64,000 nt of DNA from Eledone cirrhosa. Its lineage: Eukaryota. The notes below the pieces were generated by a model. That model was not told the DNA's origin, did not search any database, and was given only the letters and a program-made list of their open reading frames with translations. This document shows positions 14,317 through 30,200 of the stretch, one piece after another (positions within the stretch are counted from its first letter, which is position 1; each line of letters opens with the position of its first letter). The translations under genes and the position numbers were made by a program. The stretch is from NCBI GenBank assembly GCA_964016885.1, contig OZ024744.1, forward strand, positions 115,630,001 through 115,694,000. The letters are read 5' to 3'.

Positions 14317-17300
14317 ATATAACAGTGTCTCTCTCATATAACAGTGTCTCTCTCACATAACAGTGTCTCTTTCTCATATAACAGTGTCTCTCTCTCATAT
14401 AACAGTGTCTCTCTCTCATATAACAGTGTCTCTCTCATAACAGTGTCTCTCTCTCATATAACAGTGTCTCTCTCATATAACAGTATCTCTCTCTCATATA
14501 ACAGTGTCTCTCTCTCATATAACAGTGTCTCTCTCATATAACAGTGTCTCTCTCATATAACAGTGTCTCTCTCGCATATAACAGTGTCTCTCACTCATAT
14601 AACAGTGTGTCTCTTATATAACAGTGTCTCTCTCTCGTATAACTGTGTCTCTCATATAAATGTGTCTCTCTCTCATATAACAGTGTCTCTCTCTCGTACA
14701 GCAGTGTCTCTCTCCTATAACAGTGTCTCTCTCTCATATAACAGTGTCTCTCTCATATAACCGTGTCTCGCTCTCATATAACAGTGTCTCTCTCATATAA
14801 CAGTGTCTCTCTCATATAACAATGTCTCTCTCGTATAGCAGGCTCTCTCTCTCATATAACAGTGTCTCTCTTATATAACAGTGTCTCTCTCTCATATAAC
14901 AGTGTCTCTCTCTCATGTAACAGTGTCTCTCTCTCATAAAACAGTGTCTCTCTCTCATATAAAAGTGTCTCTCTCATATAACAGTGTCTCACATGTAACA
15001 TTGTCTCTCTCACTCATATAACAGTGTCTCTCTCATATAACAGTGTCTCTCTCTCTCATATAACAGTGTCTCTCTAACGTAACAGTATCACTCTCATATA
15101 ACAGTGTCTCTTTCATATAACAGTGTCTCTCTCTCATATAACAGTGTCTCTCTCATATAACAGTGTCTCTCTCATATAACAGTGTCTCTCTCTAATATAA
15201 CAGTGTCTATCTCATATAACAGTGTCTCTCTCATATAACAGTGTCTCTCTCATATAACAGTGTCTCCCTCTCATATAACAGTGTATCTCTCTCATATAAC
15301 AGAGTCTCTCTCATATAACAGTATCTCTCTCTCATATAACAGTGTCTCTCTCTCATATAACAGTATCTCTCTCATATAACACTGTCTCTCTCTCATATAA
15401 CAGTGTCTCTCTCTCATGTAACAGTGTCACTCTCTTATATAACAGTGTCTCTCTCTCATATATCAGTGTTTCTCTCATATAACAGTGTCTCTCTCATATA
15501 ACAGTGTCTCTCTCTCATATAACAGTGTCACTCTCTCATGTAAGTGTCTCTCTTATATAACAGTGTCTCTCTCTCATATAACAGTCTCCCTCGTATAGCA
15601 GTCTCTCTCTCTCTCTCTCATATAAAAGAGTCTCACTCTCATATAACAGTGTCTCTCTCTCATATAACAGTGTCTCTCTCATATAACAGTTTCTCTCCCA
15701 TATAACAGTGTCTCTCTCATATAACAGTGATTCTCTCTCATATAACAGTGTCTCTCTCATGTAACAGTATCTCTCTCTCATATAACAGTGTCTCTCTCTC
15801 TCATATAACAGTCTCTCTCTCTCTTATAACAGTGTCTCTCTCATATAACAGTGTCTCTCTCGCATATAACAGTGTCTCTCTCTCATATAACAGTGTGTCT
15901 CTTATATAACAGTGTCTCTCTCTCGTATAACTGTCTCTCATATAAATGTGTCTCTCTCTCATATAACAGTTTCTCTCTCTCATATAACAATATCTCTCTC
16001 TCTTAAAACAGTGTCTCTCTCTCATACAGCAGTGTCTCTCTCCTATAACAGTGTCTCTCTCTCATATAACAGTGTCTCTCTCATATAACCATGTCTCGCT
16101 CTCATATAACAGTGTCTCTCACATATAACAGTGTCTCTCTCATGTAACAGTGTCTCTCTCATATAACAACAGAGTCTCTCTCATATAACAGTGTCTCTTT
16201 CTCATATAACAGTGTCTCTCTCATATAACAGTGTTTCTGTCTCATATAACAGTGTGTCTCTCATGTAACAGTGTCTCTCTCATATAACAGTGTCTCTCTC
16301 TCATATAACAGTGTCTCTCTCATAACAGTGTCTCTCTCTCATATAACAGTGTCTCTCTCATATAACAGTATCTCTCTCTCATATAACAGTGTCTCTCTCT
16401 CATATAACAGTGTCTCTCTCATATAACAGTGTCTCTCTCATATAACAGTATCTCTCTCTCATATAACAGTGTCTCTCTCATATAACAGTGTCTCTCTCAC
16501 ATAACAGTGTCTCTTTCTCATATAACAGTGTCTCTCTCTCATATAACAGTGTCTCTCTCTCATATAACAGTGTCTCTCTCATAACAGTGTCTCTCTCTCA
16601 TATAACAGTGTCTCTCTCATATAACAGTATCTCTCTCTCATATAACAGTGTCTCTCTCTCATATAACAGTGTCTCTCTCATATAACAGTGTCTCTCTCAT
16701 ATAACAGTGTCTCTCTCGCATATAACAGTGTCTCTCACTCATATAACAGTGTCTCTCACTCATATAACAGTGTGTCTCTTATATAACAGTGTCTCTCTCT
16801 CGTATAACTGTGTCTCTCATATAAATGTGTCTCTCTCTCATATAACAGTGTCTCTCTCTCGTACAGCAATGTCTCTCTCCTATAACAGTGTCTCTCTCTC
16901 ATATAACAGCGTCTCTCTCATATAACAATGTCTCTCTCGTATAGCAGGCTCTCTCTCTCATATAACAGTGTCTCTCTTATATAACAGTGTCTCTCTCTCA
17001 TATAACAGTGTCTCTCGCTCATGTAACAGTGTCTCTCTCTCATAAAACAGTGTCTCTCTCTCATATAAAAGTGTCTCTCTCATATAACAGTGTCTCACAT
17101 GTAACATTGTCTCTCTCACTCATATAACAGTGTCTCTCTCATATAACAGTGTCTCTCTCTCTCATATAACAGTGTCTCTCTAACGTAACAGTATCACTCT
17201 CATATAACAGTGTCTCTTTCATATAACAGTGTCTCTCTCTCATATAACAGTGTCTCTCTCATATAACAGTGTCTCTCTCATATAACAGTGTCTCTCTCTA

Positions 17301-18749
17301 ATATAACAATGTCTCTCTCATATAACAGTATCTCTCTCTCATATAACAGTGTCTCTCTCTCATATAACAGTGTCTATCTCATATAACAGTGTCTCTCTCA
17401 TATAACAGTGTCTCTCTCATATAACAGTGTCTCCCTCTCATATAACAGTGTATCTCTCTCATATAACAGAGTCTCTCTCATATAACAGTATCTCTCTCTC
17501 ATATAACAGTGTCTCTCTCTCATATAACAGTATCTCTCTCATATAACACTGTCTCTCTCTCATATAACAGTGTCTCTCTCTCATGTAACAGTGTCACTCT
17601 CTTATATAACAGTGTCTCTCTCTCATATATCAGTGTTTCTCTCATATAACAGTGTCTCTCTCATATAACAGTGTCTCTCTCTCATATAACAGTGTCACTC
17701 TCTCATGTAAGTGTCTCTCTTATATAACAGTGTCTCTCTCTCATATAACAGTCTCCCTCGTATAGCAGTCTCTCTCTCTCTCTCTCATATAAAAGAGTCT
17801 CACTCTCATATAACAGTGTCTCTCTCTCATATAACAGTGTCTCTCTCATATAACAGTTTCTCTCCCATATAACAGTGTCTCTCTCATATAACAGTGATTC
17901 TCTCTCATATAACAGTGTCTCTCTCATATAACAGTGTCTCTCTCATGTAACAGTATCTCTCTCTCATATAACAGTGTCTCTCTCTCTCATATAACAGTCT
18001 CTCTCTCTCTTATAACAGTGTCTCTCTCATATAACAGTGTCTCTCTCGCATATAACAGTGTCTCTCTCTCATATAACAGTGTGTCTCTTATATAACAGTG
18101 TCTCTCTCTCGTATAACTGTGTCTCTCATATAAATGTGTCTCTCTCTCATATAACAGTTTCTCTCTCTCATATAACAATATCTCTCTCTCTTAAAACAGT
18201 GTCTCTCTCTCATACAGCAGTGTCTCTCTCCTATAACAGTGTCTCTCTCTCATATAACAGTGTCTCTCTCATATAACCATGTCACGCTCTCATATAACAG
18301 TGTCTCTCACATATAACAGTGTCTCTCTCATGTAACAGTGTCTCTCTCATATAACAACAGAGTCTCTCTCATATAACAGTGTCTCTTTCTCATATAACAG
18401 TGTCTCTCTCATATAACAGTGTTTCTGTCTCATATAACAGTGTGTCTCTCATGTAACAGTGTCTCTCTCATATAACAGTGTCTCTCTCTCATATAACAGT
18501 GTCTCTCATATAACAGTGTCTCTCTCTCATATAACAGTGTCACTCTCTCATGTAAGTGTCTCTCTTATATAACAGTGTCACTCTCTCATATAACAGTCTC
18601 TCTCGTATAGCAGTCTCTCTCTCTCTCTCTCATATAAAAGTGTCTCACTCTCATATAACAGTGTCTCTCTCTCATATAACAGTGTCTCTCTCATATAACA
18701 GTTTCTCTCTCATATAACAGTGTCTCTCTCATATAACAGTATCTCTCTC

Positions 18750-21700
18750 TCATATAACAGTGTCACTCTCTCATAACAGTGTCTCTCTCTCATATGACAG
18801 TGTCTCTCTCATATAACAGTATCTCTCTCATATAACAGTGTCTCTCTCACATAACAGTGTCTCTTTCTCATATAACAGTGTCTCTCTCATATAACAGTGT
18901 CTCTCTCATATAACAGTGTCTCTCTCATATAACAGTGTCTCTCTCATATAACTGTATCTCTCTCTCATATAACAGTATCTCTCTCTCATATAACAGTGTC
19001 TCTCTCTCATATAACAGTGTCTCTCTCATAACAGTGTCTCTCTATCATATAACAGTGTCTCTCTCATATAACAGTATCTCTCTCTCATATAACAGTGTCT
19101 CTCTCTCATATAACAGTGTCTCTCTCATATAACAGTGTCTCTCTCATATAACAGTATCTCTCTCTCATATAACAGTGTCTCTCTCATATAACAGTGTCTC
19201 TCTCACATAACAGTGTCTCTTTCTCATATAACAGTGTCTCTCTCTCATATAACAGTGCCTCTCTCATAACAGTGTCTCTCTCTCATATAACAGTGTCTCT
19301 CTCATATAACAGTATCTCTCTCTCATATAACAGTGTCTCTCTCTCATATAACAGTGTCTCTCTCATATAACAGTGTCTCTCTCATATAACAGTGTCTCTC
19401 TCGCATATAACAGTGTCTCTCTCTCATATAACAGTGTCTCTCTCTCGTATAACTGTGTCTCTCATATAAATGTGTCTCTCTCTCATATAACAGTTTCTCT
19501 CTCTCATATAACAGTGTCTCTCTCTCATACAGCAGTGTCTCTCTCCTATAACAGTGTCTCTCTCTCATATAACAGTGTCTCTCTCATATAACCGTGTCTC
19601 GCTCTCATATAACAGTGTCTCTCTCATATAACAGTGTCTCTCTCATATAACAATGTCTCTCTCGTATAGCAGGCTCTCTCTCTCATATAACAGTGTCTCT
19701 CTTATATAACAGTGTCTCTCTCTCATATAACAGTGTCTCTCTCTCATGTAACAGTGTCTCTCTCTCATAAAACAGTGTCTCTCTCTCATAAAACAGTGTC
19801 TCTCTCTCATATAAAAGTGTCTCTCTCATATAACAGTGTCTCACATGTAACATTGTCTCTCTCACTCATATAACAGTGTCTCTCTCATATAACAGTGTCT
19901 CTCTCTCTCATATAACAGTGTCTCTCTAACGTAACAATATCACTCTCATATAACAGTGTCTCTTTCATATAACAGTGTCTCTCTCTCATATAACAGTGTC
20001 TCTCTCATATAACAGTCTCTCTCATATAACAGTGTCTCTCTCTAATATAACAATGTCTCTCTCATATAACAGTATCTCTCTCTCATATAACAGTGTCTCT
20101 CTCATATAACAGTGTCTCTCTCTCATATAACAGTATCTCTCTCTCATATAACAGTGTCTCTCTCTCATATAACAGTGTCTCTCTCATATAACAGTGTCTC
20201 TCTCATATAACAGTATCTCTCTCTCATATAACAGTGTCTCTCTCATATAACAGTGTCTCTCTCACATAACAGTGTCTCTTTCTCATATAACAGTGTCTCT
20301 CTCTCATATAACAGTGTCTCTCTCTCATATAACAGTGTCTCTCTCATAACAGTGTCTCTCTCTCATATAACAGTGTCTCTCTCATATAACAGTATCTCTC
20401 TCTCATATAACAGTGTCTCTCTCTCATATAACAGTGTCTCTCTCATATAACAGTGTCTCTCTCATATAACAGTGTCTCTCTCGCATATAACAGTGTCTCT
20501 CACTCATATAACAGTGTCTCTCACTCATATAACAGTGTGTCTCTTATATAACAGTGTCTCTCTCTCGTATAACTGTGTCTCTCATATAAATGTGTCTCTC
20601 TCTCATATAACAGTGTCTCTCTCTCGTACAGCAATGTCTCTCTCCTATAACAGTGTCTCTCTCTCATATAACAGCGTCTCTCTCATATAACAGTGTCTCT
20701 CTCATATAACAATGTCTCTCTCGTATAGCAGGCTCTCTCTCTCATATAACAGTGTCTCTCTTATATAACAGTGTCTCTCTCTCATATAACAGTGTCTCTC
20801 GCTCATGTAACAGTGTCTCTCTCTCATAAAACAGTGTCTCTCTCTCATATAAAAGTGTCTCTCTCATATAACAGTGTCTCACATGTAACATTGTCTCTCT
20901 CACTCATATAACAGTGTCTCTCTCATATAACAGTGTCTCTCTCTCTCATATAACAGTGTCTCTCTAACGTAACAGTATCACTCTCATATAACAGTGTCTC
21001 TTTCATATAACAGTGTCTCTCTCTCATATAACAGTGTCTCTCTCATATAACAGTGTCTCTCTCATATAACAGTGTCTCTCTCTAATATAACAATGTCTCT
21101 CTCATATAACAGTATCTCTCTCTCATATAACAGTGTCTCTCTCATATAACAGTGTCTCTCTCTCATATAACAGTGTCTATCTCATATAACAGTGTCTCTC
21201 TCATATAACAGTGTCTCTCTCATATAACAGTGTCTCCCTCTCATATAACAGTGTATCTCTCTCATATAACAGAGTCTCTCTCATATAACAGTATCTCTCT
21301 CTCATATAACAGTGTCTCTCTCTCATATAACAGTATCTCTCTCATATAACACTGTCTCTCTCTCATATAACAGTGTCTCTCTCTCATGTAACAGTGTCAC
21401 TCTCTTATATAACAGTGTCTCTCTCTCATATATCAGTGTTTCTCTCATATAACAGTGTCTCTCTCATATAACAGTGTCTCTCTCTCATATAACAGTGTCA
21501 CTCTCTCATAACAGTGTCTCTCTCTCATATGACAGTGTCTCTCTCATATAACAGTATCTCTCTCATATAACAGTGTCTCTCTCACATAACAGTGTCTCTT
21601 TCTCATATAACAGTGTCTCTCTCATATAACAGTGTCTCTCTCATATAACAGTGTCTCTCTCATATAACAGTGTCTCTCTCATATAACTGTATCTCTCTCT

Positions 21701-24245
21701 CATATAACAGTATCTCTCTCTCATATAACAGTGTCTCTCTCTCATATAACAGTGTCTCTCTCATAACAGTGTCTCTCTATCATATAACAGTGTCTCTCTC
21801 ATATAACAGTATCTCTCTCTCATATAACAGTGTCTCTCTCTCATATAACAGTGTCTCTCTCATATAACAGTGTCTCTCTCATATAACAGTATCTCTCTCT
21901 CATATAACAGTGTCTCTCTCATATAACAGTGTCTCTCTCACATAACAGTGTCTCTTTCTCATATAACAGTGTCTCTCTCTCATATAACAGTGCCTCTCTC
22001 ATAACAGTGTCTCTCTCTCATATAACAGTGTCTCTCTCATATAACAGTATCTCTCTCTCATATAACAGTGTCTCTCTCTCATATAACAGTGTCTCTCTCA
22101 TATAACAGTGTCTCTCTCATATAACAGTGTCTCTCTCGCATATAACAGTGTCTCTCTCTCATATAACAGTGTCTCTCTCTCGTATAACTGTGTCTCTCAT
22201 ATAAATGTGTCTCTCTCTCATATAACAGTTTCTCTCTCTCATATAACAGTGTCTCTCTCTCATACAGCAGTGTCTCTCTCCTATAACAGTGTCTCTCTCT
22301 CATATAACAGTGTCTCTCTCATATAACCGTGTCTCGCTCTCATATAACAGTGTCTCTCTCATATAACAGTGTCTCTCTCATATAACAATGTCTCTCTCGT
22401 ATAGCAGGCTCTCTCTCTCATATAACAGTGTCTCTCTTATATAACAGTGTCTCTCTCTCATATAACAGTGTCTCTCTCTCATGTAACAGTGTCTCTCTCT
22501 CATAAAACAGTGTCTCTCTCTCATAAAACAGTGTCTCTCTCTCATATAAAAGTGTCTCTCTCATATAACAGTGTCTCACATGTAACATTGTCTCTCTCAC
22601 TCATATAACAGTGTCTCTCTCATATAACAGTGTCTCTCTCTCTCATATAACAGTGTCTCTCTAACGTAACAATATCACTCTCATATAACAGTGTCTCTTT
22701 CATATAACAGTGTCTCTCTCTCATATAACAGTGTCTCTCTCATATAACAGTCTCTCTCATATAACAGTGTCTCTCTCTAATATAACAATGTCTCTCTCAT
22801 ATAACAGTATCTCTCTCTCATATAACAGTGTCTCTCTCATATAACAGTGTCTCTCTCTCATATAACAGTATCTCTCTCTCATATAACAGTGTCTCTCTCT
22901 CATATAACAGTGTCTCTCTCATATAACAGTGTCTCTCTCATATAACAGTATCTCTCTCTCATATAACAGTGTCTCTCTCATATAACAGTGTCTCTCTCAC
23001 ATAACAGTGTCTCTTTCTCATATAACAGTGTCTCTCTCTCATATAACAGTGTCTCTCTCTCATATAACAGTGTCTCTCTCATAACAGTGTCTCTCTCTCA
23101 TATAACAGTGTCTCTCTCATATAACAGTATCTCTCTCTCATATAACAGTGTCTCTCTCTCATATAACAGTGTCTCTCTCATATAACAGTGTCTCTCTCAT
23201 ATAACAGTGTCTCTCTCGCATATAACAGTGTCTCTCACTCATATAACAGTGTCTCTCACTCATATAACAGTGTGTCTCTTATATAACAGTGTCTCTCTCT
23301 CGTATAACTGTGTCTCTCATATAAATGTGTCTCTCTCTCATATAACAGTGTCTCTCTCTCGTACAGCAATGTCTCTCTCCTATAACAGTGTCTCTCTCTC
23401 ATATAACAGCGTCTCTCTCATATAACAGTGTCTCTCTCATATAACAATGTCTCTCTCGTATAGCAGGCTCTCTCTCTCATATAACAGTGTCTCTCTTATA
23501 TAACAGTGTCTCTCTCTCATATAACAGTGTCTCTCGCTCATGTAACAGTGTCTCTCTCTCATAAAACAGTGTCTCTCTCTCATATAAAAGTGTCTCTCTC
23601 ATATAACAGTGTCTCACATGTAACATTGTCTCTCTCACTCATATAACAGTGTCTCTCTCATATAACAGTGTCTCTCTCTCTCATATAACAGTGTCTCTCT
23701 AACGTAACAGTATCACTCTCATATAACAGTGTCTCTTTCATATAACAGTGTCTCTCTCTCATATAACAGTGTCTCTCTCATATAACAGTGTCTCTCTCAT
23801 ATAACAGTGTCTCTCTCTAATATAACAATGTCTCTCTCATATAACAGTATCTCTCTCTCATATAACAGTGTCTCTCTCATATAACAGTGTCTCTCTCTCA
23901 TATAACAGTGTCTATCTCATATAACAGTGTCTCTCTCATATAACAGTGTCTCTCTCATATAACAGTGTCTCCCTCTCATATAACAGTGTATCTCTCTCAT
24001 ATAACAGAGTCTCTCTCATATAACAGTATCTCTCTCTCATATAACAGTGTCTCTCTCTCATATAACAGTATCTCTCTCATATAACACTGTCTCTCTCTCA
24101 TATAACAGTGTCTCTCTCTCATGTAACAGTGTCACTCTCTTATATAACAGTGTCTCTCTCTCATATATCAGTGTTTCTCTCATATAACAGTGTCTCTCTC
24201 ATATAACAGTGTCTCTCTCTCATATAACAGTGTCACTCTCTCATG
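18750..24245 (+). repeat. Near-perfect 2735-bp tandem duplication nested in a ~3.8-kb higher-order repeat
   Basis: Pairs 18935/21670, 19344/22079, 19683/22418, 20253/22988 and 20472/23207 have offset 2735. Flanking pairs 17703/24241 and 17987/24525 have offset 6538 (= 3803 + 2735); 16488/20253 has offset 3765. Confidence 0.9.
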
Positions 24246-27200
24246 TAAGTGTCTCTCTTATATAACAGTGTCTCTCTCTCATATAACAGTCTCCCTCGTA
24301 TAGCAGTCTCTCTCTCTCTCTCTCATATAAAAGAGTCTCACTCTCATATAACAGTGTCTCTCTCTCATATAACAGTGTCTCTCTCATATAACAGTTTCTC
24401 TCCCATATAACAGTGTCTCTCTCATATAACAGTGATTCTCTCTCATATAACAGTGTCTCTCTCATATAACAGTGTCTCTCTCATGTAACAGTATCTCTCT
24501 CTCATATAACAGTGTCTCTCTCTCTCATATAACAGTCTCTCTCTCTCTTATAACAGTGTCTCTCTCATATAACAGTGTCTCTCTCGCATATAACAGTGTC
24601 TCTCTCTCATATAACAGTGTGTCTCTTATATAACAGTGTCTCTCTCTCGTATAACTGTGTCTCTCATATAAATGTGTCTCTCTCTCATATAACAGTTTCT
24701 CTCTCTCATATAACAATATCTCTCTCTCTTAAAACAGTGTCTCTCTCTCATACAGCAGTGTCTCTCTCCTATAACAGTGTCTCTCTCTCATATAACAGTG
24801 TCTCTCTCATATAACCATGTCACGCTCTCATATAACAGTGTCTCTCACATATAACAGTGTCTCTCTCATGTAACAGTGTCTCTCTCATATAACAACAGAG
24901 TCTCTCTCATATAACAGTGTCTCTTTCTCATATAACAGTGTCTCTCTCATATAACAGTGTTTCTGTCTCATATAACAGTGTGTCTCTCATGTAACAGTGT
25001 CTCTCTCATATAACAGTGTCTCTCTCTCATATAACAGTGTCTCTCATATAACAGTGTCTCTCTCTCATATAACAGTGTCACTCTCTCATGTAAGTGTCTC
25101 TCTTATATAACAGTGTCACTCTCTCATATAACAGTCTCTCTCGTATAGCAGTCTCTCTCTCTCTCTCTCATATAAAAGTGTCTCACTCTCATATAACAGT
25201 GTCTCTCTCTCATATAACAGTGTCTCTCTCATATAACAGTTTCTCTCTCATATAACAGTGTCTCTCTCATATAACAGTATCTCTCTCTCATATAACAGTG
25301 TCACTCTCTCATAACAGTGTCTCTCTCTCATATGACAGTGTCTCTCTCATATAACAGTATCTCTCTCATATAACAGTGTCTCTCTCACATAACAGTGTCT
25401 CTTTCTCATATAACAGTGTCTCTCTCATATAACAGTGTCTCTCTCATATAACAGTGTCTCTCTCATATAACAGTGTCTCTCTCATATAACTGTATCTCTC
25501 TCTCATATAACAGTATCTCTCTCTCATATAACAGTGTCTCTCTCTCATATAACAGTGTCTCTCTCATAACAGTGTCTCTCTCTCATATAACAGTGTCTCT
25601 CTCATATAACAGTATCTCTCTCTCATATAACAGTGTCTCTCTCTCATATAACAGTGTCTCTCTCATATAACAGTGTCTCTCTCATATAACAGTATCTCTC
25701 TCTCATATAACAGTGTCTCTCTCATATAACAGTGTCTCTCTCACATAACAGTGTCTCTTTCTCATATAACAGTGTCTCTCTCTCATATAACAGTGCCTCT
25801 CTCTCATATAACAGTGTCTCTCTCATAACAGTGTCTCTCTCTCATATAACAGTGTCTCTCTCATATAACAGTATCTCTCTCTCATATAACAGTGTCTCTC
25901 TCTCATATAACAGTGTCTCTCTCATATAACAGTGTCTCTCTCATATAACAGTGTCTCTCTCGCATATAACAGTGTCTCTCTCTCATATAACAGTGTCTCT
26001 CTCATATAACAGTATCTCTCTCTCATATAACAGTGTCTCTCTCTCATATAACAGTGTCTCTCTCATATAACAGTGTCTCTCTCATATAACAGTGTCTCTC
26101 TCGCATATAACAGTGTCTCTCTCTCATATAACAGTGCCTCTCTCTCATATAACAGTGTCTCTCTCATAACAGTGTCTCTCTCTCATATAACAGTGTCTCT
26201 CTCATATAACAGTTTCTCTCTCTCATACAGCAGTGTCTCTCTCCTATAACAGTGTCTCTCTCTCATATAACAGTGTCTCTCTCATATAACCGTGTCTCGC
26301 TCTCATATAACAGTGTCTCTCTCATATAACAGTGTCTCTCTCATATAACAATGTCTCTCTCGTATAGCAGGCTCTCTCTCTCATATAACAGTGTCTCTCT
26401 TATATAACAGTGTCTCTCTCTCATATAACAGTGTCTCTCTCTCATGTAACAGTGTCTCTCTCTCATAAAACAGTGTCTCTCTCTCATAAAACAGTGTCTC
26501 TCTCTCATATAAAAGTGTCTCTCTCATATAACAGTGTCTCACATGTAACATTGTCTCTCTCACTCATATAACAGTGTCTCTCTCATATAACAGTGTCTCT
26601 CTCTCTCATATAACAGTGTCTCTCTAACGTAACAATATCACTCTCATATAACAGTGTCTCTTTCATATAACAGTGTCTCTCTCTCATATAACAGTGTCTC
26701 TCTCATATAACAGTCTCTCTCATATAACAGTGTCTCTCTCTAATATAACAATGTCTCTCTCATATAACAGTATCTCTCTCTCATATAACAGTGTCTCTCT
26801 CATATAACAGTGTCTCTCTCTCATATAACAGTATCTCTCTCATATAACAGTGTCTCTCTCATATAACAGTGTCTCTCTCATATAACAGTGTCTCCCTCTC
26901 ATATAACAGTGTATCTCTCTCATATAACAGAGTCTCTCTCATATAACAGTATCTCTCTCTCATATAACAGTGTCTCTCTCTCATATAACAGTATCTCTCT
27001 CATATAACACTGTCTCTCTCTCATATAACAGTGTCTCTCTCTCATGTAACAGTGTCTCTCTTATATAACAGTGTCTCTCTCTCATATATCAGTGTTTCTC
27101 TCATATAACAGTGCCTCTCTCATATAACAGTGTCTCTCTCTCATATAACAGTGTCACTCTCTCATGTAAGTGTCTCTCTTATATAACAGTGTCTCTCTCT

Positions 27201-30200
27201 CATATAACAGTCTCTCTCGTATAGCAGTCTCTCTCTCTCTCTCTCATATAAAAGTGTCTCACTCTCATATATCAGTGTCTCTCTCTCATATAACAGTGTC
27301 TCTCTCATATAACAGTTTCTCTCCCATATAACAGTGTCTCTCTCATATAACAGTGATTCTCTCTCATATAACAGTGTCTCTCTCATATAACAGTGTCTCT
27401 CTCATGTAACAGTATCTCTCTCTCATATAACAGTGTCTCTCTCTCTCATATAACAGTCTCTCTCTCTCTTATAACAGTGTCTCTCTCATATAACAGTGTC
27501 TCTCTCGCATATAACAGTGTCTCTCTCTCATATAACAGTGTGTCTCTTATATAACAGTGTCTCTCTCTCGTATAACTGTGTCTCTCATATAAATGTGTCT
27601 CTCTCTCATATAACAGTTTCTCTCTCTCATATAACAATATCTCTCTCTCTTAAAACAGTGTCTCTCTCTCATACAGCAGTGTCTCTCTCCTATAACAGTG
27701 TCTCTATCTCATATAACAGTGTCTCTCTCATATAACCATGTCTCGCTCCCATATAACAGTGTCTCTCTCATATAACAGTGTCTCTCTCATATAACAGTGT
27801 CTCTCTCATATAACAATATCTCTCTCGTATAGCAGGCTCTCTCTCTCATATAACAGTGTCTCACTCTCATATAAAAGTGTCTCTCTCATATAACAGTGTC
27901 TCACATGTAACAGTGTCTCTCTCACTCATATAACAGTGTCTCTCTCTCTCATATAACAGTGTCTCTCTCATATAACAGTGTCTCTCTTATATAACAGTGT
28001 CTCTCTCTCTCATATAACAGTGTCTCTCTAATGTAACAGTATCACTCTCATATAACAGTACCTCTCTCATATAACAGTGTCTCTTTCATATAACAGTGTC
28101 TCTCTCTCATATAACAGTGTCTCTCTCATATAACAGTGTCTCTCTCATATAACAATGTCTCTCTCTCATATAACAGTATCTCTCTCACATATAACAGAGT
28201 CTCTCTCATATAGCAGGCTCTCTCTCTCATATAACAGTGTCTCTCTAATGTAACAGCATCACTCTCATATAACAGTACCTCTCTCATATAACAGTATCCC
28301 TCTCATATTTCAGCGTCTCTCTCTCATACAACAGTGTCTCTCTCTGATATAACAGTGTCTCTCTCATATAACAGTGTCTCTCTCATATAACAATGTCTCG
28401 CTCTCATATAAGTGTCTCTCTCATATAACAGTGTCTCTCTCATATAACAGTGTCTCTCTCTCATATAACAGTGTCTCTCTGTCATATATCAGTGTTTCTC
28501 TCTCATATAACAGTGTCTCTCTCATATAACAGTGTCTCTCTCATATATCAGTGTTTCTCTCTCATATATCAGTGTCTCTCTCTCATATAACAGTGTCTCT
28601 CTCACATATAACAGTTTCTCTCTGATATAAAAGTGTCTCTCTCTCATATAACAGTCTCTCTCATATAAAAGTGTCTCTCTCTCATATAACAGTGTCTCAC
28701 TCGTTATACAGTGTCTCTCTCATATAACAGTGTCCGTCTCATGTAACAGTGTCTCTCTCATATAACAGTTTCTCTCTGATATAAAAGTGTCTCTCTCTCA
28801 TATAACTGTCTCTCTCTCATATAACAGTGTCTCTCATATAAAAGTGTCTCTCTCTCATATAACAGTGTCTCTCTCATATAACAGTGTCTCTCATATAACA
28901 GTGTCTCTCTCTCATGTAACAGTGTCTCTTTCATGTAACAGTGTCTCTCTTACTCATATAACAGTGTCTCTCTCTCATATAACAGTGTCTCTCTCTCATA
29001 TAACAGTGTCTCTCTCATATAATAGTGTCTCTCTCATATAACAGTGTCTCTCTCATATAACAGGGTCTCTCTTATATAAGAGTGTCTCTCTCTCTCATAT
29101 AACAGTGTCTCTCTCATGTAACAGTATCTCTCTCATATAACAGTACCTCTCTCATATAACAGTGCCTCTCTCTCATATAACAGTGTCTCTCTCATATAAC
29201 AGTGTCTCTTTCATATAACAGTGTCTCTCTCTCTCAGATAACAGTGTCTCTCTCATATTACAGTGTCTCTCTCTCATATAACAGAGTCTCTCTCATATAA
29301 AAGTGTCTCTCTCTCATATAACAGTGTCTCTCTCATATAACAGTGTCTCACTCATAAAACTGTCTCTCACATATAAGTGTCTCGCTCTCATATAACAGTG
29401 TCTCTCTCATATAACAGTGTCTCACTCTCATATAACAGTGTATCTCTCTCATATAACAGTGTCTCTCATGTAACAGTGTCTCTCTCTCATATAACAGTAG
29501 CTCGCTCTCAGAAAACAGTGTCTCTCCCTCATATAACAGTGTCTCTCTCTCATATAACAGTGTCTCTCTCATATAACAGTGTCTCTCTCATATTACAGTG
29601 TCTCTCCCTCTCATATAACAGTGTCTCTCTCTCATATAACAGAGTCTCTCTCATATAACAGTGTCTCTCTCATATAACAGTGTCTCTCTCATATTACAGT
29701 GTCTCTCCCTCTCATATAACAGTGTCTCTCTCTCATATAACAGTGTCTCTCTCATATAACAGTGTCTCTCTCTCATATAACAGTGTCTCTCTCTCATATA
29801 GCAGAGTCTCTCCATATAACAGTGTCTCTTTCTCAGGTAACAGTGTCTCTCTTATATAACAATGTCTCTCTCATATAACAGTGTCTCTCTCTCATATAAC
29901 AGTGTCTCTCTTATATAACAATGTCTCTCTTATATAACAGTGTCTCTCTCATATAACAGTGTCTCTCTGTCATATAACAGTGTCTCTCTCATATAAGAGT
30001 GTCTCTCTCTCATATAACAATGTCTCCCTTATATAACAGTGTCTCTCTCTCATATAACAGTGTCTCACTCTCATATAACAGTGTCTTTCTCATATAACAG
30101 TATCTCTCTCTCATATAACAGTGTCTCTCTCTCATATAACAGTATCTCTCTCATATAACAGTGTCTCTCTCTCATATAACAGTGTCTCTCTCTCATATAG

